Source of the DNA: Chiloscyllium plagiosum
Lineage: Eukaryota
Length of the DNA: 44,491 nucleotides
Assembly (NCBI RefSeq): GCF_004010195.1
Contig: NC_057759.1
Span: forward strand, 3,916,832-3,961,322
Reading direction: 5' to 3'
A program made the translations under genes and the position numbers. Below are positions 12,055-25,446 of this stretch, piece after piece; the first letter of the stretch is position 1, and each line of letters starts with the position of its first letter. Under the pieces are notes generated by a model. It saw only the letters and a program-made list of their open reading frames with translations. It did no database searches and had not been told where the DNA came from.

Positions 12055-12620
12055 ATTATAGAGCCATACAGCACGGAAACAGATCCTTCAGCCCAACTCA
12101 GTCATGCTGTCCAGGCTTCCTAAACCGAACCATCCCCATTTGACCCATGTCTCTCGAAACCTTTCCTATCCATGGACCTGTCCAAATGCCTTTAAAATGT
12201 TGTAACTGTACCTGCTTCCATAATCTCTTGTGGCAGTTTGATCCATATACGCACCACCCATTGCCTGAAAAATTGCCCCTCATGTCTCTTTTAAATCTCT
12301 CCACTGTCATCTAAAAACTATGCCCTCATTTGGACTCTCCTAACCTGCATAAAAGATCGCGTCTATTCACCTTATCTATGCCCCTTATGATTTTATAAAC
12401 CTCTATAGGGTCCACCCCTCAACCACAGACCCTCCGGGGAAAACATCGCCCTAACCTATCCACCCTCTCCCTATTATTAAAACCCACCAGCCTTGGTAAC
12501 ATTCTTGTAGATCTTTCCTGCACCCTTTCCAATTTAATAACATCTTTCCTACAGCAGGGCGACCAGAATTCTATGCAATACTCCAAACGTGGCCTTGTCA
12601 ATGTCTTGTACAGCCATAAA
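12055..12620 (-). mobile_element. CR1/HER1-type LINE 3' fragment
   Basis: RPRLEYCIEFWSPCCRKDVIKLERVQERSTRMLP plus the typical 3' UTR. Confidence 0.88.
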
Positions 12621-13239
12621 TTGGCAACCCAACTTCAGTCCTCAATTCACTTTTCCATCGCCATTCGGGTAATAATCCACCTTCGTGGTCTCGCTCCCAC
12701 ATTGGCTAACCTAATGTTGATCCACATTAAACTGTTTCTGTCTTGTATTTTCCCACACACTCAATTTGTTCAAAGCACACTAAAGCATCTCTGCATCCTC
12801 TTTCACAGCCCTCCTCCCCCCTCCGCACTCTGTGTTGAGATGGAAAACAAATGAAAACATGATGGATGCGGTATTTATTAAGCAATGGGAACTTCCCTTC
12901 ATGGATGGTGTACATGGGATGGGTCTGATCTATCTCTGAGTTACTCTAAATGCAATTTCTTGGTGGGCTTTGCTTTTGTATACATTACTTATGTATTCAG
13001 TAATGAACAAAATTCCAGTTCATAACATATTGGGAGTTTTTTTATTGAGTAGATGTAAGCTAGTGAAACCATGTTGATGAGACAGTTATCACAGAGTGAA
13101 AAAGAAAAAAAATATGAATGTAGTAAATCAGAAACAAAAACCGAAATTGCTAGACAAGCCCAGAAAGTTTGGTTGCATCAGTGGAGAGAAATCAGAGTTA
13201 AAGTTTCAGGCCAAGTGACCCTTATCAGAACTGTATGGG

Positions 13240-14160
13240 TGTAAGAGAGATAGAATGGGAAGAGTTTGGAGAGAGAAGAAATGAGAGGAGCTGGGATGGA
13301 GTTGGGGCGGGGGCAGGGAAAACACGAGAGTGGCACTGTGTCGAGGCGGTACGAGAAACAGGGGAGCGGGATAGCTTGTGAGCAGGGCAAACAAGGGAGG
13401 AGTATAGAGTGGAGGATTGTAGGCGAAACAGGAGGTGGATAGAGTGGGGGCCGAAGATAGAGGGGAGAGGGATAGAGTGGGGCTGGGTAAACAATGAAGG
13501 GCTTTAGACTGGAGGGTGGCAGGGGAAACAGGGGAGGGGGTAGCGTGAGGGTGGCAGGGGAAACACGAGGGTATGGTGGGGTAAGGGCAAACGGGTAGAA
13601 GGGGAAGGGGATTCATGGGAGTGGGAACGAATGGGGGCCAGGTGAAACATGGGAGCGGTATAGAGTGAGGGGCAGCGGAAGCAGGAGAGGCGGATAGAGT
13701 AGGGGCAGGGAAACGGGGGTAGCGATAGAGAGGGGAGCACATAAAACACGAGAGGGGGATAGAGTGGTCGGCAAGGGAAACAAGGCGGCGAGATAGAGTG
13801 ACGGGTCGAGGAAACAGGGGAGGTAGATAGAAATGTGGGACAGGGCAGCAGGGGAGTGGGATAAAGTAGGGGCCAAGGGTAACAGTGGAGGGATAGAGTG
13901 GAGGCAGGGTCATCCCTGCTAGGGTGGAGTGCAGGGAAAATAGAGAAGGGGGACAAACGATCCCTCTCCCCATTCCATCGCTCTCCATCCCATGCCCCCT
14001 CATTCTCCCCCAACTCTATTCCCCTTCCCCATTTCCCCTCAATAAGCCCTCCTCTGAACTTCGCTACCCCACTTTATTCACCTCCCCATCTCCCTATCTC
14101 ATTTCTGTTGAGCCCCGCTCTATCCACTCCTACTTCCCATATCCCCCACTCTACCCTTTA
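13240..14160. repeat. Degenerate ~30-bp G-rich minisatellite (GGATAGAGTGGGGGCAGGGAAACAGGGGAG-like) that flips to the C-rich strand near 13955
   Basis: Repeated GATAGAGT/GGGAAACA units to ~13950, then CTCTATCC/CTCTATTCCCC units. Confidence 0.75.
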
Positions 14161-14173
14161 TTTTTGTGTGACC

Positions 14174-14232
14174 CGGTCGCTCAGTGGTTAGCCCTTTTGC
14201 CTCACAGCGCCAGAGACTTGGGTTCAATCCTG
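14174..14232 (+). mobile_element. HE1-type SINE head fragment
   Basis: GCTCAGTGGTTAGC...GCCTCACAGCGCCAGAGACTTGGGTTCAATCC. Confidence 0.75.
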
Positions 14233-14912
14233 TTGAATGGGGGGGTGGGGGAGGTGGGGGGGAGGGGGAAGCCGGCTGGAAGGGCCTATTCCTGCTTCTA
14301 TTTGTGATGTGTCTATAATTTGTTGTGGTCACGTGAGGTAACTTTACACAGAAGCAACATTTCTCTTGCCTGTCACCTCGGCGTTGTGACTGTGATGGAC
14401 AGAATATGTGATTTGTGTTGTCTCGACCCATATACCACAGACTGGTTAGTGTGCACGCTCCCACAACACCGCCGGATTAACCTGTGGCTGGGGAGCACAT
14501 TGATGACATTACTCACCGTCATTTCCACACCGAGCTGCTTCACATGAACAGTGCCTTTAAAGTTCAGTTTCACCCCCTGCCGGTCAAATATTTTACAACA
14601 GGCAGGTTACTGTCGGGGGAGTGGGGGTGGGGAGTGTGGGTGGGGGGTGGGGTGGGGTGGTGGGGGGGTGGAGCTCACCCAGATAGATTGAAGCAGAGAT
14701 CGATCATTGAAAATTCATTTGGCACTCAAAACTGTCCTGCGCAAGGGCAATGGGCTGAAGGTCCTCCTTCAGTGCTTTCCCGTCTCCATCAGTCCAAAGG
14801 ACACATCATTACCAATCCCGGGAATGTAACTCACTCAACTCACTTCACATTGATAAAAGATGACTTTTTTTTTACATTCGATCATGGGAAGTGGATGTCA
14901 CTGACTGGCATC

Positions 14913-16730
14913 CAGGCTGCCAGAGGTAGTGGTGGAAGCGAGTGCAGTTTTGTCATTTCAGAAACATTTAAGCATGTACATGAAAGGGATAGGTTTGGAA
15001 GAATATAGACCAAACACAAGTTCATGGGACTAGTTCAAAATGTGAAAACTGGGCACCACTGACAATTTGGCCCAGAGGAACTGTTTCCATGTTGTAAAAA
15101 TATCTGACACTATGTCTCTAACCTCTCACATACTCATAATCTGTCTCTGTCTCTGTCACTCACACAGACACACACAGACACACACACAGTCACTTTCTGA
15201 CACACGCACACACACACACTCTGCTTCACACACACGCTCTCAACCAAAAACACACTCTGTCTCACGCAAACTCTCTCTCACACACACAGTCTCACATCCC
15301 TCCCTCCCTCACACACAGACAATCTGTCTCACACATACATTCTCTCAAACAAACGCACACTCTGTCTCACACACACTCCCCCTCTCTCTCTCTCTCTCTC
15401 ACACACACACGTTCTATCTCAACTAAACACACACATTCTGTCTTACACATAATCTCTCCCTCTCTCACACACACACATTGTGTCACACATTCTCTCTCTC
15501 ACGCACACAGTATCACACTCTCTCACACAAACACACTCTGTCCCACACACACTCTTTCTCACACACAGACTCTGTCTCTGTCTCTCTCATACACACTTGT
15601 TCCTCTTTCACACACGTTTACACCGAAACTTACTCTCATCAACTCTCTATCACTTTTTGTCTCACATACACTCTCACAGACACAGTTTATCCCCTCATCC
15701 CGAATTGCCCCAGCGGCAGGGAGTTGCATAAGTCTGCAGCACAGAAAAAGGCACATCGGCCCATCGCGTCTGCGTGTCAATAGTTACCACTTAACTATTG
15801 TCTAATCCCATTTCCCCAGCATTTGGTTCATTGCCTTGGCATCATTAGTGAACATATACATCCTTGTTCAATGTGATCAGGGTTTCTTCATGGTGAGAGG
15901 GGAGAGATAAGAAAGAGTCCAGTGTCCGAATTCTTTCCAACAGAGGGCAGTGAGTGTCAGGAACAGGCTGCCAGAGGTAGTGGTGGAAGCGAGTGCAGTT
16001 TTGTCATTTCAGAAACATTTAAGCCTGTACATGAAAGGGATAGGTTTGGAAGAATATAGACCAAACACAAGTTCATGGGACTAGTTGAAATTGTGAAAAC
16101 TGGACACGACTGACAATTTGGCCCAGAGGAACTGTTTCCATGTTGTAAAAATATCTGACACTATGTCTCTAACCTCTCACATACTCATAATCTATCTCTG
16201 TCTCTGTCTCTGTCACTCACACAGACACACACAGTCACTTTCTGACACACGTGCACACACACACTCTGCTTCACACACACGCTCTCAACCAAAAACACAC
16301 TCTGTCTCACGCAAACTCTCTCTCTCTCACACACACAGTCTCACATCCCTTCCTCCCTCACACACAGACACTCTATCTCACACATACATTCTCTCAAACA
16401 AACGCACACTTTGTCTCACGCACACACCCTCTCTCTCTCTCACATACACACACACACGCTCTGTCTCAACTAAACACACACATTCTGTCTCACACATAAT
16501 CTCTCCCTCTCTCTCACACACACACATTGTGTCACACATTCTCTCTCTCACGCACACAGTGTCACACTCTCCCACACACACTCTGTCTCGCACACACTCT
16601 TTCCCATACACACTCTGTCTCTGTCTCTCTCATTCACACTTGTTCCTGTCTCCCACACGTTTACACCCAAACTTACTCTCATCAACTCTCTATCTCTTTT
16701 TGTCTCACATACACTCTCACAGACACAGTC
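14913..16730 (+). repeat. Direct duplication, offset 1051 bp (CR1 3' end plus CA/CT tract)
   Basis: CAGGCTGCCAGAGGTAGTGG at 14913 and 15964; identical ORF starts at 15067 and 16118. Confidence 0.9.
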
Positions 16731-18520
16731 TGTCTCACTCACACACTCACACAGTCACACACTGTGTCTCACATGCTCTCTCTCATACACACCTAATCCC
16801 TCTCTCACACACACTTAACATACACACATACATTCTCTCACACACATACTCTCTCACAAAGAATTCCGTTCACACAATGTCTCAAACACACTCTGTCACT
16901 CTGTCTCACACATAAAGTGTCACTGACACGCACACTATCTCACTCACTCTCTCTCTCACAGACACACATACACGCACACACACACAGTCTGTCACACACA
17001 CGCTGTTATATACACTCTCTCATACAAGCACACTGTCACACACGCTATCCTTCACATATAGACTGTTTCTCTCTCACACACACTTTTTCCTCTCTCCCAC
17101 ACTTTCCACTCATCCTGACACGCATACTTACTCTCATTAACTCTATTTTTATTTGTTTCACGCACACTCTCTCACAGACACACTCTGTCTCTCACACACA
17201 CCCAAACACACACTGTGTCTCACACACTCTCTCACACACGTAGTCTCTCTCTCTCTAAAACATGCACACACATTCACACATACACTCTCTCACACAGACT
17301 CTCTCTCTGACACACACATTCTCTCACAAACAATCCCGTTCACACAATGTCTCAACCACACTCTCATACATACATTCTCACACATAAATCTCTCACACAC
17401 CCACAATGTCTCTCTCACACACATACACAGTGTCACACACACAGTCTCTCTCTCTCTCATACATACACTCTCTCACACAGTCTCACACACACGCACTCTC
17501 TCTCGCACACATACTCACTCACAAACAATCCGGTTCTCACAATGTCTCAAACACACTCTCTCACACACAAAGTCTCTCAGATAAGTATCACACCCACCTA
17601 CAATGTCTCTCAATCTCTCTCGCTCTCACACACACACGTACACAGTGTCGCACATAATCTCTCTCTCAGACACATACACATAGTGTCACACACATATTGT
17701 CTCACACGCACACTTTGTCTCATACACTCTGTCACACCCACAAGCACACAGTATGTCACACAGACTCTCTCTCTCACACACGGTCTCTCTGACACACGTA
17801 CACACACATACTCTCTCACACATGGTTTCTCTCTCTCTGTCACACACTCATATATACACACACTATCTTTCTTTCGCTCTCACACACACACAGTCTATCT
17901 CACACAAACATACACTCTCTCACACACAGTCTCACACACACGCTCTCTTTCTCTCACACACAAGCTCTCACAAGCAATCCCGTTCTCACAATGTTTCAAA
18001 CACACTCTCACTCTCACACACATACATACACAGAGACTGTCACACACACAGTGTCACACATACTTTCTCTCTCAGACACAAAGACACACACAGTCACGCA
18101 CACATACTCTCGCACGCTCTCTCTCACACACGTTTCTCTCTCTCTGTCATGCTCACACGCTCACACATACATTTCTCTCTCTCTTTCACACACACACTCT
18201 GGCACACAAACTTTCTTCTCAGCCACACTCTCCTTCTCACCCTCACACACATACACACACGCACACTTACTCTTATCAAATTTCGCTCTCTTTCTGTCTC
18301 AGGCATACGCTCTCACACAGACACACTCTGTCTCTCTCTCTCTCTCACACACTCTGTCTCACAGACTCTCTCATATACACATTCTGTAGCATGCACACTT
18401 ACTCACACACATTCTGTCCCTCATGCACACTCACACCCACCCACACACAGACGCTCTCTCAGAAGTCTGTGCTCTTTCTCACTTTACTCCACACTTCCTC
18501 ACGCACCCTCTCTCACAGAG
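15120..18520. repeat. Long compound (CA)/(CT) microsatellite, interrupted at ~15690-16170
   Basis: Imperfect CACACA/CTCTCT mosaic, source of the His/Thr/Ser/Leu pseudo-ORFs. Confidence 0.95.
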
Positions 18521-19269
18521 ATCCTATTCATCCGTTCCTTATATCAGCAACAAGCCAGTTGAAGATACAATGACTGGAATGAGGGGAAACCTCTGAATTC
18601 TGTAAAAGATTGACTTTCTGTTCAGTCAACAGCTAAACTGCCCAAGTACACAAAACAGAGTGCTAAAGTAATAGCCATATGGATAAGTTGCAAAGAGAGT
18701 GTAATGAACCGATTAGCAAATTTTTTAACAAGTCAAAAGAAAGGGGAAGAGCAAACGGTTGCTTTAAACATAAATAGAAAAAGAGAATTAAATCGAGGCA
18801 TGGACATATTAGGCACAGAAAGAGGGGACAGCTAATGCAAATTTGTGGCGAATGCTGATTTTACAGAGGGGCGGGAACTAAATTATCTTGTTCCTCAGGG
18901 AGAAAATATCGCCCACTGAATAAGATTAGCATAAGGTCTGCCCACTGGAGATCTCAAAACATACCGTCACACTCTGCAACGCTGTCTGATGTTGTGGTAT
19001 ATGAGCAACATATTTAGAAACACCAACTGCACTTTGCAAAAGTACACCTCAAGCAGTTGAAAAAATTAATTCTTACGATCCAGGTGTTGCTTGGATTCCA
19101 AAGGCTGAAGCAACTTCTGACAAATTTGAAACACATTCCCATGGAAAATTTACGTATGCGAGGCATCGGGAAGTCATTGTTAGTGAATAACAACAAGAGC
19201 ATCAACGTTTAGCAGCTCACAGGGGAAGTAAACAACTTTTATTTCAAAGAGAATGGTGAATAAAAGTTC

Positions 19270-19870
19270 GGACGTTTTACTTAAACACTATACCAGGCAC
19301 CGGTCAGACCACAGCTTGGAGACTGTGAATAGTTTGGGGGATCCTTATCTGAAAGATAGACTGCGCATTGGAGGCAGTCCAGAGAAGGTTCACTCAGCTG
19401 ATCCCGGGTATGGAGGGACAGTCTGACGTGGGAGAGGTTGGGTAGGTTGGGCCTGTCCTCATTAGAGTTAAGAAGAATGAGATGTGATCTTATTGAAGAT
19501 TCTTAGAGTGATTTGGCAGGGGAGATGTGGAGAGGGGTTCTCCCCTTGTAGGGGAAAACATGGGACCAGAGGGGCGTCATCACAGATTAAGGGAGGGGTC
19601 GCCCATTGAAGACAGAGAGGTGGAAGAATTTCTTCTTTCAGAGGGGATAGAATCTGTGGAATTCTTTACCACAGAGGGCTGGAAAGGCTTGGTCTTTCCG
19701 CATATTCAAGGCAAAGATAGAGAGATTTTTAATCAGAAATGGAATCGAGGGTTATAGGGGAAAGGTGGTGAAGTGGATTTGAAGACGTTCAGATCAGCCA
19801 CAAACTCTTTGAATGCGAGAGAAAACTCGATGGGCTGAATTGCTTACTCCTAGTCCTATAGTTGTATGGA
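19270..19870 (+). mobile_element. CR1-type LINE 3' fragment
   Basis: TTGGAGGCAGTCCAGAGAAGGTTCACT (LEAVQRRFT) followed by 3' UTR GATGGGCTGAATTGCTTACTCCT. Confidence 0.85.
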
Positions 19871-20729
19871 CCCCATTCCCATAATATGTAGTCACATAAT
19901 CCTGTGCTTCCTTCCTGATAGAGCGATGTAAAGTTATGTTGAAACGTGACAGCTTCGTCATTCCTCTTGATTGAACAGCCGTGGGCACACTTTCACCAGG
20001 AGCGGGACCACTGGCATCTGATACAAAGAATATATTTTGTCAGGTTCCAAAACCAACGCAGTGCAGGATTCTGGAGATCTGAAACCACCACAGAGAGCAC
20101 TGGGTAAACTCAGAAAATCTGGAGGCATCTCTGGAGAGAGAGAAAGACAAAGAGAGGGAGATAGAAAACAGAGTTATATCAGTTATAAACACAATATGCT
20201 GCAGAAACCTAGCAGGTCTGGCAGCATCTGTGCAGAGAAAGAGAGAGACAGAAAGAGAGACAGAGTTAACATTGTGTGTGTGTTGACTCCACATCAATCC
20301 CTTTGTCTTGCTGGTAAGTGTTTCTATCAGATAAGGAGCTCGCTGTGTCAACCAGTGATGCTTAGTTCCTTTTTCTTAGTGTTTCAGTTACAGGCAATCC
20401 GTCAGACTTGTCTTTGTGTATCATTTCCTGTTCTCTAACCCAAGGTCGCCCCACAGACACCGCTAGAGTTTCCCTGTGACCCCATAGCTGATGATTCAGA
20501 ACTGCAGACCGATGTGCAGAAGCCAGATCCTTTAGATTTTATCCCTGGTTCATGAGGTGGGAGGCGTGGGGCGTAATCCTTTCAGGGTCATGTACCCTTT
20601 GGAAAGGCCGTGCTTGTCTGGCTTACTGATGGGAGAGAAAGGGGAAGGAAAACTGGAGGCAATTTACTCTCTTTGAAGATCGATTGGAAAGATTGAACCT
20701 GGTGAGAAATGAATGAAATGCCTGAGGTG

Positions 20730-21225
20730 CTACAGGAAAGATGTTATTAAACTGGAATGTGTGCCGAAAAGATTGACAAGGGCTGGAGAATTCGAGTTGT
20801 AGGTAGAGGCTGGATAGGCTGGGACTTCTTAACCCTGGAGTGTAAGAGGGATAACCTTATAAATGTTTCTAATATCATGAAGGAAATGGATAGGGTGAAT
20901 AGCCAAAGTCTTTACCCCGGGAGGGGAGTCCAAAGCTAGAGGGCATAGGTTTAAAGTGAGCTAGGAAAGATTTAAAAGGGATCTGGGGCGTACTTTTTTC
21001 ACAAATGATGCTGCATATTTGGAATGAGCTGCCAGAGGAAGTGATGGAGATAGATAAAATTGCAACATTTAAAAGACATTTGTTGTGGATTGTATTGCTT
21101 TCAATTAGAAAGGTTTCACAGGATAGGGCCCAATTGCAAGCAAATGGGGCTAGTTCAGTTTAGGAAGCCTGGTCAGCATGGACGAGTTAGGCCGAAGGGC
21201 CTATTTCCGTATAGTATTATTCTAT
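20730..21225 (+). mobile_element. CR1/HER1-type LINE 3' fragment
   Basis: GGAAAGATGTTATTAAACTGGA...AGGGCATAGGTTTAAAGTGAG...GGCCGAAGGGCCTATTTCC. Confidence 0.8.
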
Positions 21226-21372
21226 GTTTGCTGAACTCTCTTTACTTGCCGCAGTTAAAGGGAAAAATATTGGAAAAGGGGGAGGTGGATAGAAATCCAT
21301 TTGTAATGCACAGATTGCAATTGTCCACCGCTGGTAGATGGAACGAGTGGCCTCATTCCCTGCGCAGTGAAG

Positions 21373-21643
21373 ATTAGATTACATTACAGTGTGGAAACAG
21401 GCCCTTCGGCCCAACAAGTCCACANNNNNNTACCCCTACATTTACCCCTTACCTAACACTACGGGCAATTTAGCATGGCCAATTCACCTGACTTTGGACT
21501 GTGGGAGGAAACCGGAGCACCCGGGGGAAACCCACGCAGACACGGGGAGAATGTGCAAACTCCACACAGACAGTGTGGAGGCGGAAATTGAACCCGGGTC
21601 TCTGGCGCTGTAAGGCAGCAGTGCTAACCACTGTGCCACCGTG
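21373..21643 (-). mobile_element. HE1-type SINE containing an assembly gap (N at 21425-21430)
   Basis: Near-identical to 7010-7321 apart from the gap and a small deletion. Confidence 0.9.
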
Positions 21644-22344
21644 AAGTCACAAATCCATTTACTTTCAGCCTCGGGAAGGCCGGAGAAGAAATTAAGGGTC
21701 TCCATGTAGTATTTACCCTCCCGAAGAGAGAGTAGTCGAGTTTATTTTGGATTCCACATAATATTGCATGTGAATCCGTTTTGCATGCTTGTTTTCTGTA
21801 ATTTCAAACTCAGAGCGACACAAGGAAAACGCCCCCAATGGGGAAACTGTGGAAATGTGGGGACTGTGGGAAAGGATTAAAAAAAAAGTGCTGATGGTTA
21901 GTGGGGGAAGGAGTGAATGATATGTGGAGTGAGGGCCCAGAAAGAGTGAAAAGCACTTGAACGCACAAAGGAGCGGCTGAAGGTTAGCCTGAGAGAATAA
22001 ATGGCTGCTCATGGGGACTGTCAGTGGCTGACAATAGGTTTGTGGTAGCAGCTTGTGTGGGGTCTGGAGTGAGGGGTTGTGGGGTTGTGGTAAGGACATT
22101 GGAGTAAGGAACACATATATGCTAATAGCAAAACTGACCACCTTCCAATTGCCTGCCATTTCAGCACCCCAATGTTCGAACACGGAAAACAATGTACAGA
22201 AACGTTTCCTCAAAACTAGCAGTTCTGAGGAAGGGTGAGTGGATGGAAAACGTTCACTTTGCTTTACCTCCACATATGCCTCTTGACCTTCTGAATATTT
22301 ACAGTTATTTCTGAAAATATCTTTAAAGTTGATTTTCTTTTCAA

Positions 22345-22560
22345 ACATTCATGGGATGCGGGCATCCCCGGCTTGGCCTGGCAGATTTTGCTTACCATGC
22401 TTAATTAGCTACAGGGCAATTAGGGGTCAGCCACATTCCAGTGGGTCTGGAGTCACATGTGGGCCACACCAGGTAGGAGTGGCAGATTTCCTTCCCTGAA
22501 GGACAAGAGTGAATCAGACAGGATTTTACTGCAATGATCATCATTAAACTCTGAATTCCA
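22345..22560 (-). mobile_element. Second SINE family, 3' part
   Basis: Reverse complement of the CAGACCCAC..AATGTGG/GGGAAGGAAATCTGCC core. Confidence 0.7.
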
Positions 22561-23027
22561 GGTTTTATTTTAGTTGAATATAACCGTTAAAATGTTCCTT
22601 TATTTATCTATGAAAGAAATGAAACCAACATGGTCATTCTCAAAGATGTCATGGTAGGATTTGAAGGTGTGTGAAAACTATGAAATGAACATAAAGGAGA
22701 TGACGAGAAAGAAACAGAATCCAACAAGAGAAATGTGGTGCGGAGTTAACTTGTCCATCCAATCATTCTGTGCTCTATCGTGGTTTCAGTCACCAATCAG
22801 CTGAACTGTGATCCTACAAACTGAATTTTTTCACGAAGTGACGGTCAGACCCAGAAACGAAACCTCACCTTTTTGTTGAGTGTATTGAATATGGTTGTTG
22901 CCATTTATTGATGCAGTGGTATAGAGTTAATGTTGCTTAAATGTAACACTCAGGTTAATAGTTTGAGGATTTGGATTGAAATCTCACAGTGGTAGCTGGT
23001 AACATTTGAACTCAGGACAAATCTGGA

Positions 23028-23850
23028 GTTAAAACTCACGCAACACCAGGTTATTGTCCAACAGGTTTAGTTGGAAAGTGCTAACATTCAGAGCGTTGCT
23101 CCTTCATCAGGTGGTTGTGGAGTAAAAGATCGTAAGACACAGAATTTTTACCAAAGTCTACAGTGTGATGTAACAGATATTATATATTGAAAAAGATCTG
23201 GATTGTTTGTTTCATTTCTCATCTTTGATAATGACCATATTGGATTCAGTGCCTTCATATATAAGTAAAGGAACATTTTAAAAGTTATATTCTCAAGTGA
23301 ACACTAACAATAAATGCCATGTCGACCCCGATAACGCATTGAAGATGTGAGGTCCCTTGCGTGAGGATGTCTGTGCCCCAATGTTCAGACTGATTCTATT
23401 TCTAAAATAATGAGATTTACAGAATCTTACATGGATTCATACAGTTTTTGAGCAAAATACAATCTAATTCTGCACGTACAAATTCACCCCACAAACCTAT
23501 ATGTGAAAGTATGTGTGCGCATGGGGCTTGGGGGTGGGGTAGTCTGAGTGTCTGTGAGACAGTGTGCGTATGTGTGTGAGTTTGATTGTAAAGGATCATA
23601 AGTCTGTCAGGCAGTCCATGTGTAGGTGTGAGTGTGGAAGTGTATGTGTGAGCGTATAAGACAGAGCTTGTGTCTGAGAGAAGGTCTGTGTGAGCATATT
23701 GGTCAGGAGGATGTGTGTGTGTATGTGTGCTTGCATTGTGGAGTTGCGTCACCTGTAATGTGACATGAACCCCTATAGATATTGAACATGGTTATCAGCC
23801 TCTGCTCGCCCACTTTGCATTGTTGCCTGTCCCGAAGTCTCATGTCCCAC
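23028..23850 (-). mobile_element. Penelope-like element (second family): endonuclease end plus pLTR
   Basis: LRDRQQCKVGEQRLITMF at ~23790-23845; hammerhead-like CAC-CTGATGA-A-GGAGC..GCTCT-GAAT at ~23080-23113. Confidence 0.7.
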
Positions 23851-23919
23851 AAGTAAATTTTTAAAATGTTTTTGTTTTGCTGAATGCAAGTGACTCGTTG
23901 GTTCCTGTAATTCAGTGGA

Positions 23920-24590
23920 ATTTTGGCATACTGCCCTCTACACCACTGACGACAGTTGCCAACTTGCGGACACATCCTCCTACTCCCCGTTGACCAAGAC
24001 ATCACCTCCCATCACCAAACCATCATCTCCCAGACCAAGCATAACCTCATCACCTCAAGGGATCTCCCATCTACAGCCTCCAATCTCATTGTCCAGAAAC
24101 CGCACACTGCCTGGTTCTTCCTCCAACCCAAGATTCACAAATCTGAATGCCCCGTTTGACCCATCATCTCCACCTGCTCCAGCCGAACCGAACTTATCTC
24201 CGCATATCTGAACCATCTTGTTCAGCCTTCGCCCAGGAACTCTCCACAAGCCACCCACGCTGTCCAACTCCCCCATGACATTGATTCCTACCTGTCCATC
24301 TTTCTTCCTTCCTATCCATCTACTTCACCCTGCCTTCCGACCTATCATCTTTACCCCTGCCGCCTGCACCTATTTATCACCTTCCAAGCTACCTTACCCC
24401 ATTCCTACTCCCACCATGCTATTTATCCTTCAGCCCCTTTCTTCTTCTCCCAACAACACATCCCTAATGAAGGTTTTATGCCCGAAACATGGATTGTCCC
24501 GCTCATCAGATTCTGCCTGACCTGCTGTGCTGTTCCAGCACCATACTTTCAATTCTGATCTCTAGCATCTGCCGTCCTCACTTGCTCTCT
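23920..24590 (+). mobile_element. Penelope-like element relic: frameshifted RT fragment plus pLTR
   Basis: QLADTSSY../HHQTIISQTKHNLITSRDLPSTASNLIVQKPHTAWFFLQPKIHKSECP matches the PLE RT motif PKIHK. A degenerate hammerhead lies at ~24463-24494. Confidence 0.85.
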
Positions 24591-24606
24591 TGTATTTCTG
24601 AGCTCA

Positions 24607-25446
24607 AACCTTGCATAAATAAAACTAACATTCTTTACAGACTGTTGTTTCTTGCAAACATAACATGTGTCCATTCTAATTGCCCAGAGGGACAGTTAGG
24701 ATGAACATATATTATTTGGGTTTGGAGACACAGCTCGGCTGCACCAGATTAAGTCCTTCCCCTAAAATATAATAATAATCCAAGGCAATGGGCTGAGAAG
24801 TGCGGCAGCTGTAAATTAATAACAGTATTAGGCTGTACAGATTCAGTGGGCCGAAGGGCCTCTCACACCACATATAATTGGATGACAAGCTTTGGAGTTT
24901 CCTGAATGTGTATGGGGGAGAGAGAAGGAGGAGCTTGGGAGAAGGTACTGGTGATTAACAACTAGCAGAAAGTGCACTTTGTAACCAATCTTCTGAAGAA
25001 ATATTAGAAATAGCAAGTGAATCGATAACCTTGCATAAATAAAACTAACATTCTTTACAGACTGTTGTTTCTTGCAAACATAACATGTGTCCATTCTAAT
25101 TGCCCAGAGGGACAGTTAGGATGAACATATATTATTTGGGTTTGGAGACACAGCTCGGCTGCACCAGATTAAGTCCTTCCCCTAAAATATAATAATAATC
25201 CAAGGCAATGGGCTGAGAAGTGCGGCAGCTGTAAATTAATAACAGTATTAGGCTGTACAGATTCAGTGGGCCGAAGGGCCTCTCACACCACATATAATTG
25301 GATGACAAGCTTTGGAGTTTCCTGAATGTGTATGGGGGAGAGAGAAGGAGGAGCTTGGGAGAAGGTACTGGTGATTAACAACTAGCAGAAAGTGCACTTT
25401 GTAACCAATCTTCTGAAGAAACATTAGAAATAGCAAGTGAATCGAT
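24607..25446 (+). repeat. Near-perfect 420-bp tandem duplication
   Basis: 24607-25026 equals 25027-25446, with one difference noticed (T25002 vs C25422). Confidence 0.95.

Noticed and set aside
13178..14307. Pro-rich overlapping ORFs; also considered as an Ig switch-like region
   Set aside because: Low-complexity minisatellite; no AGCT-rich switch motif and no Ig constant exons nearby.
15067..18573. Long His/Thr/Ser/Leu-rich ORFs (up to 408 aa)
   Set aside because: Translation of CA/CT microsatellite; all frames are open because the tract lacks stop codons.
20280..20540. Possible leader exon with strong donor CTG|GTAAGT
   Set aside because: No ATG or acceptor upstream (abuts a PLE fragment), and downstream candidate exons have early stops in all frames.
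21713..22348. 211-aa minus-strand ORF
   Set aside because: Crosses repeat fragments and low-complexity sequence; no recognisable domain.
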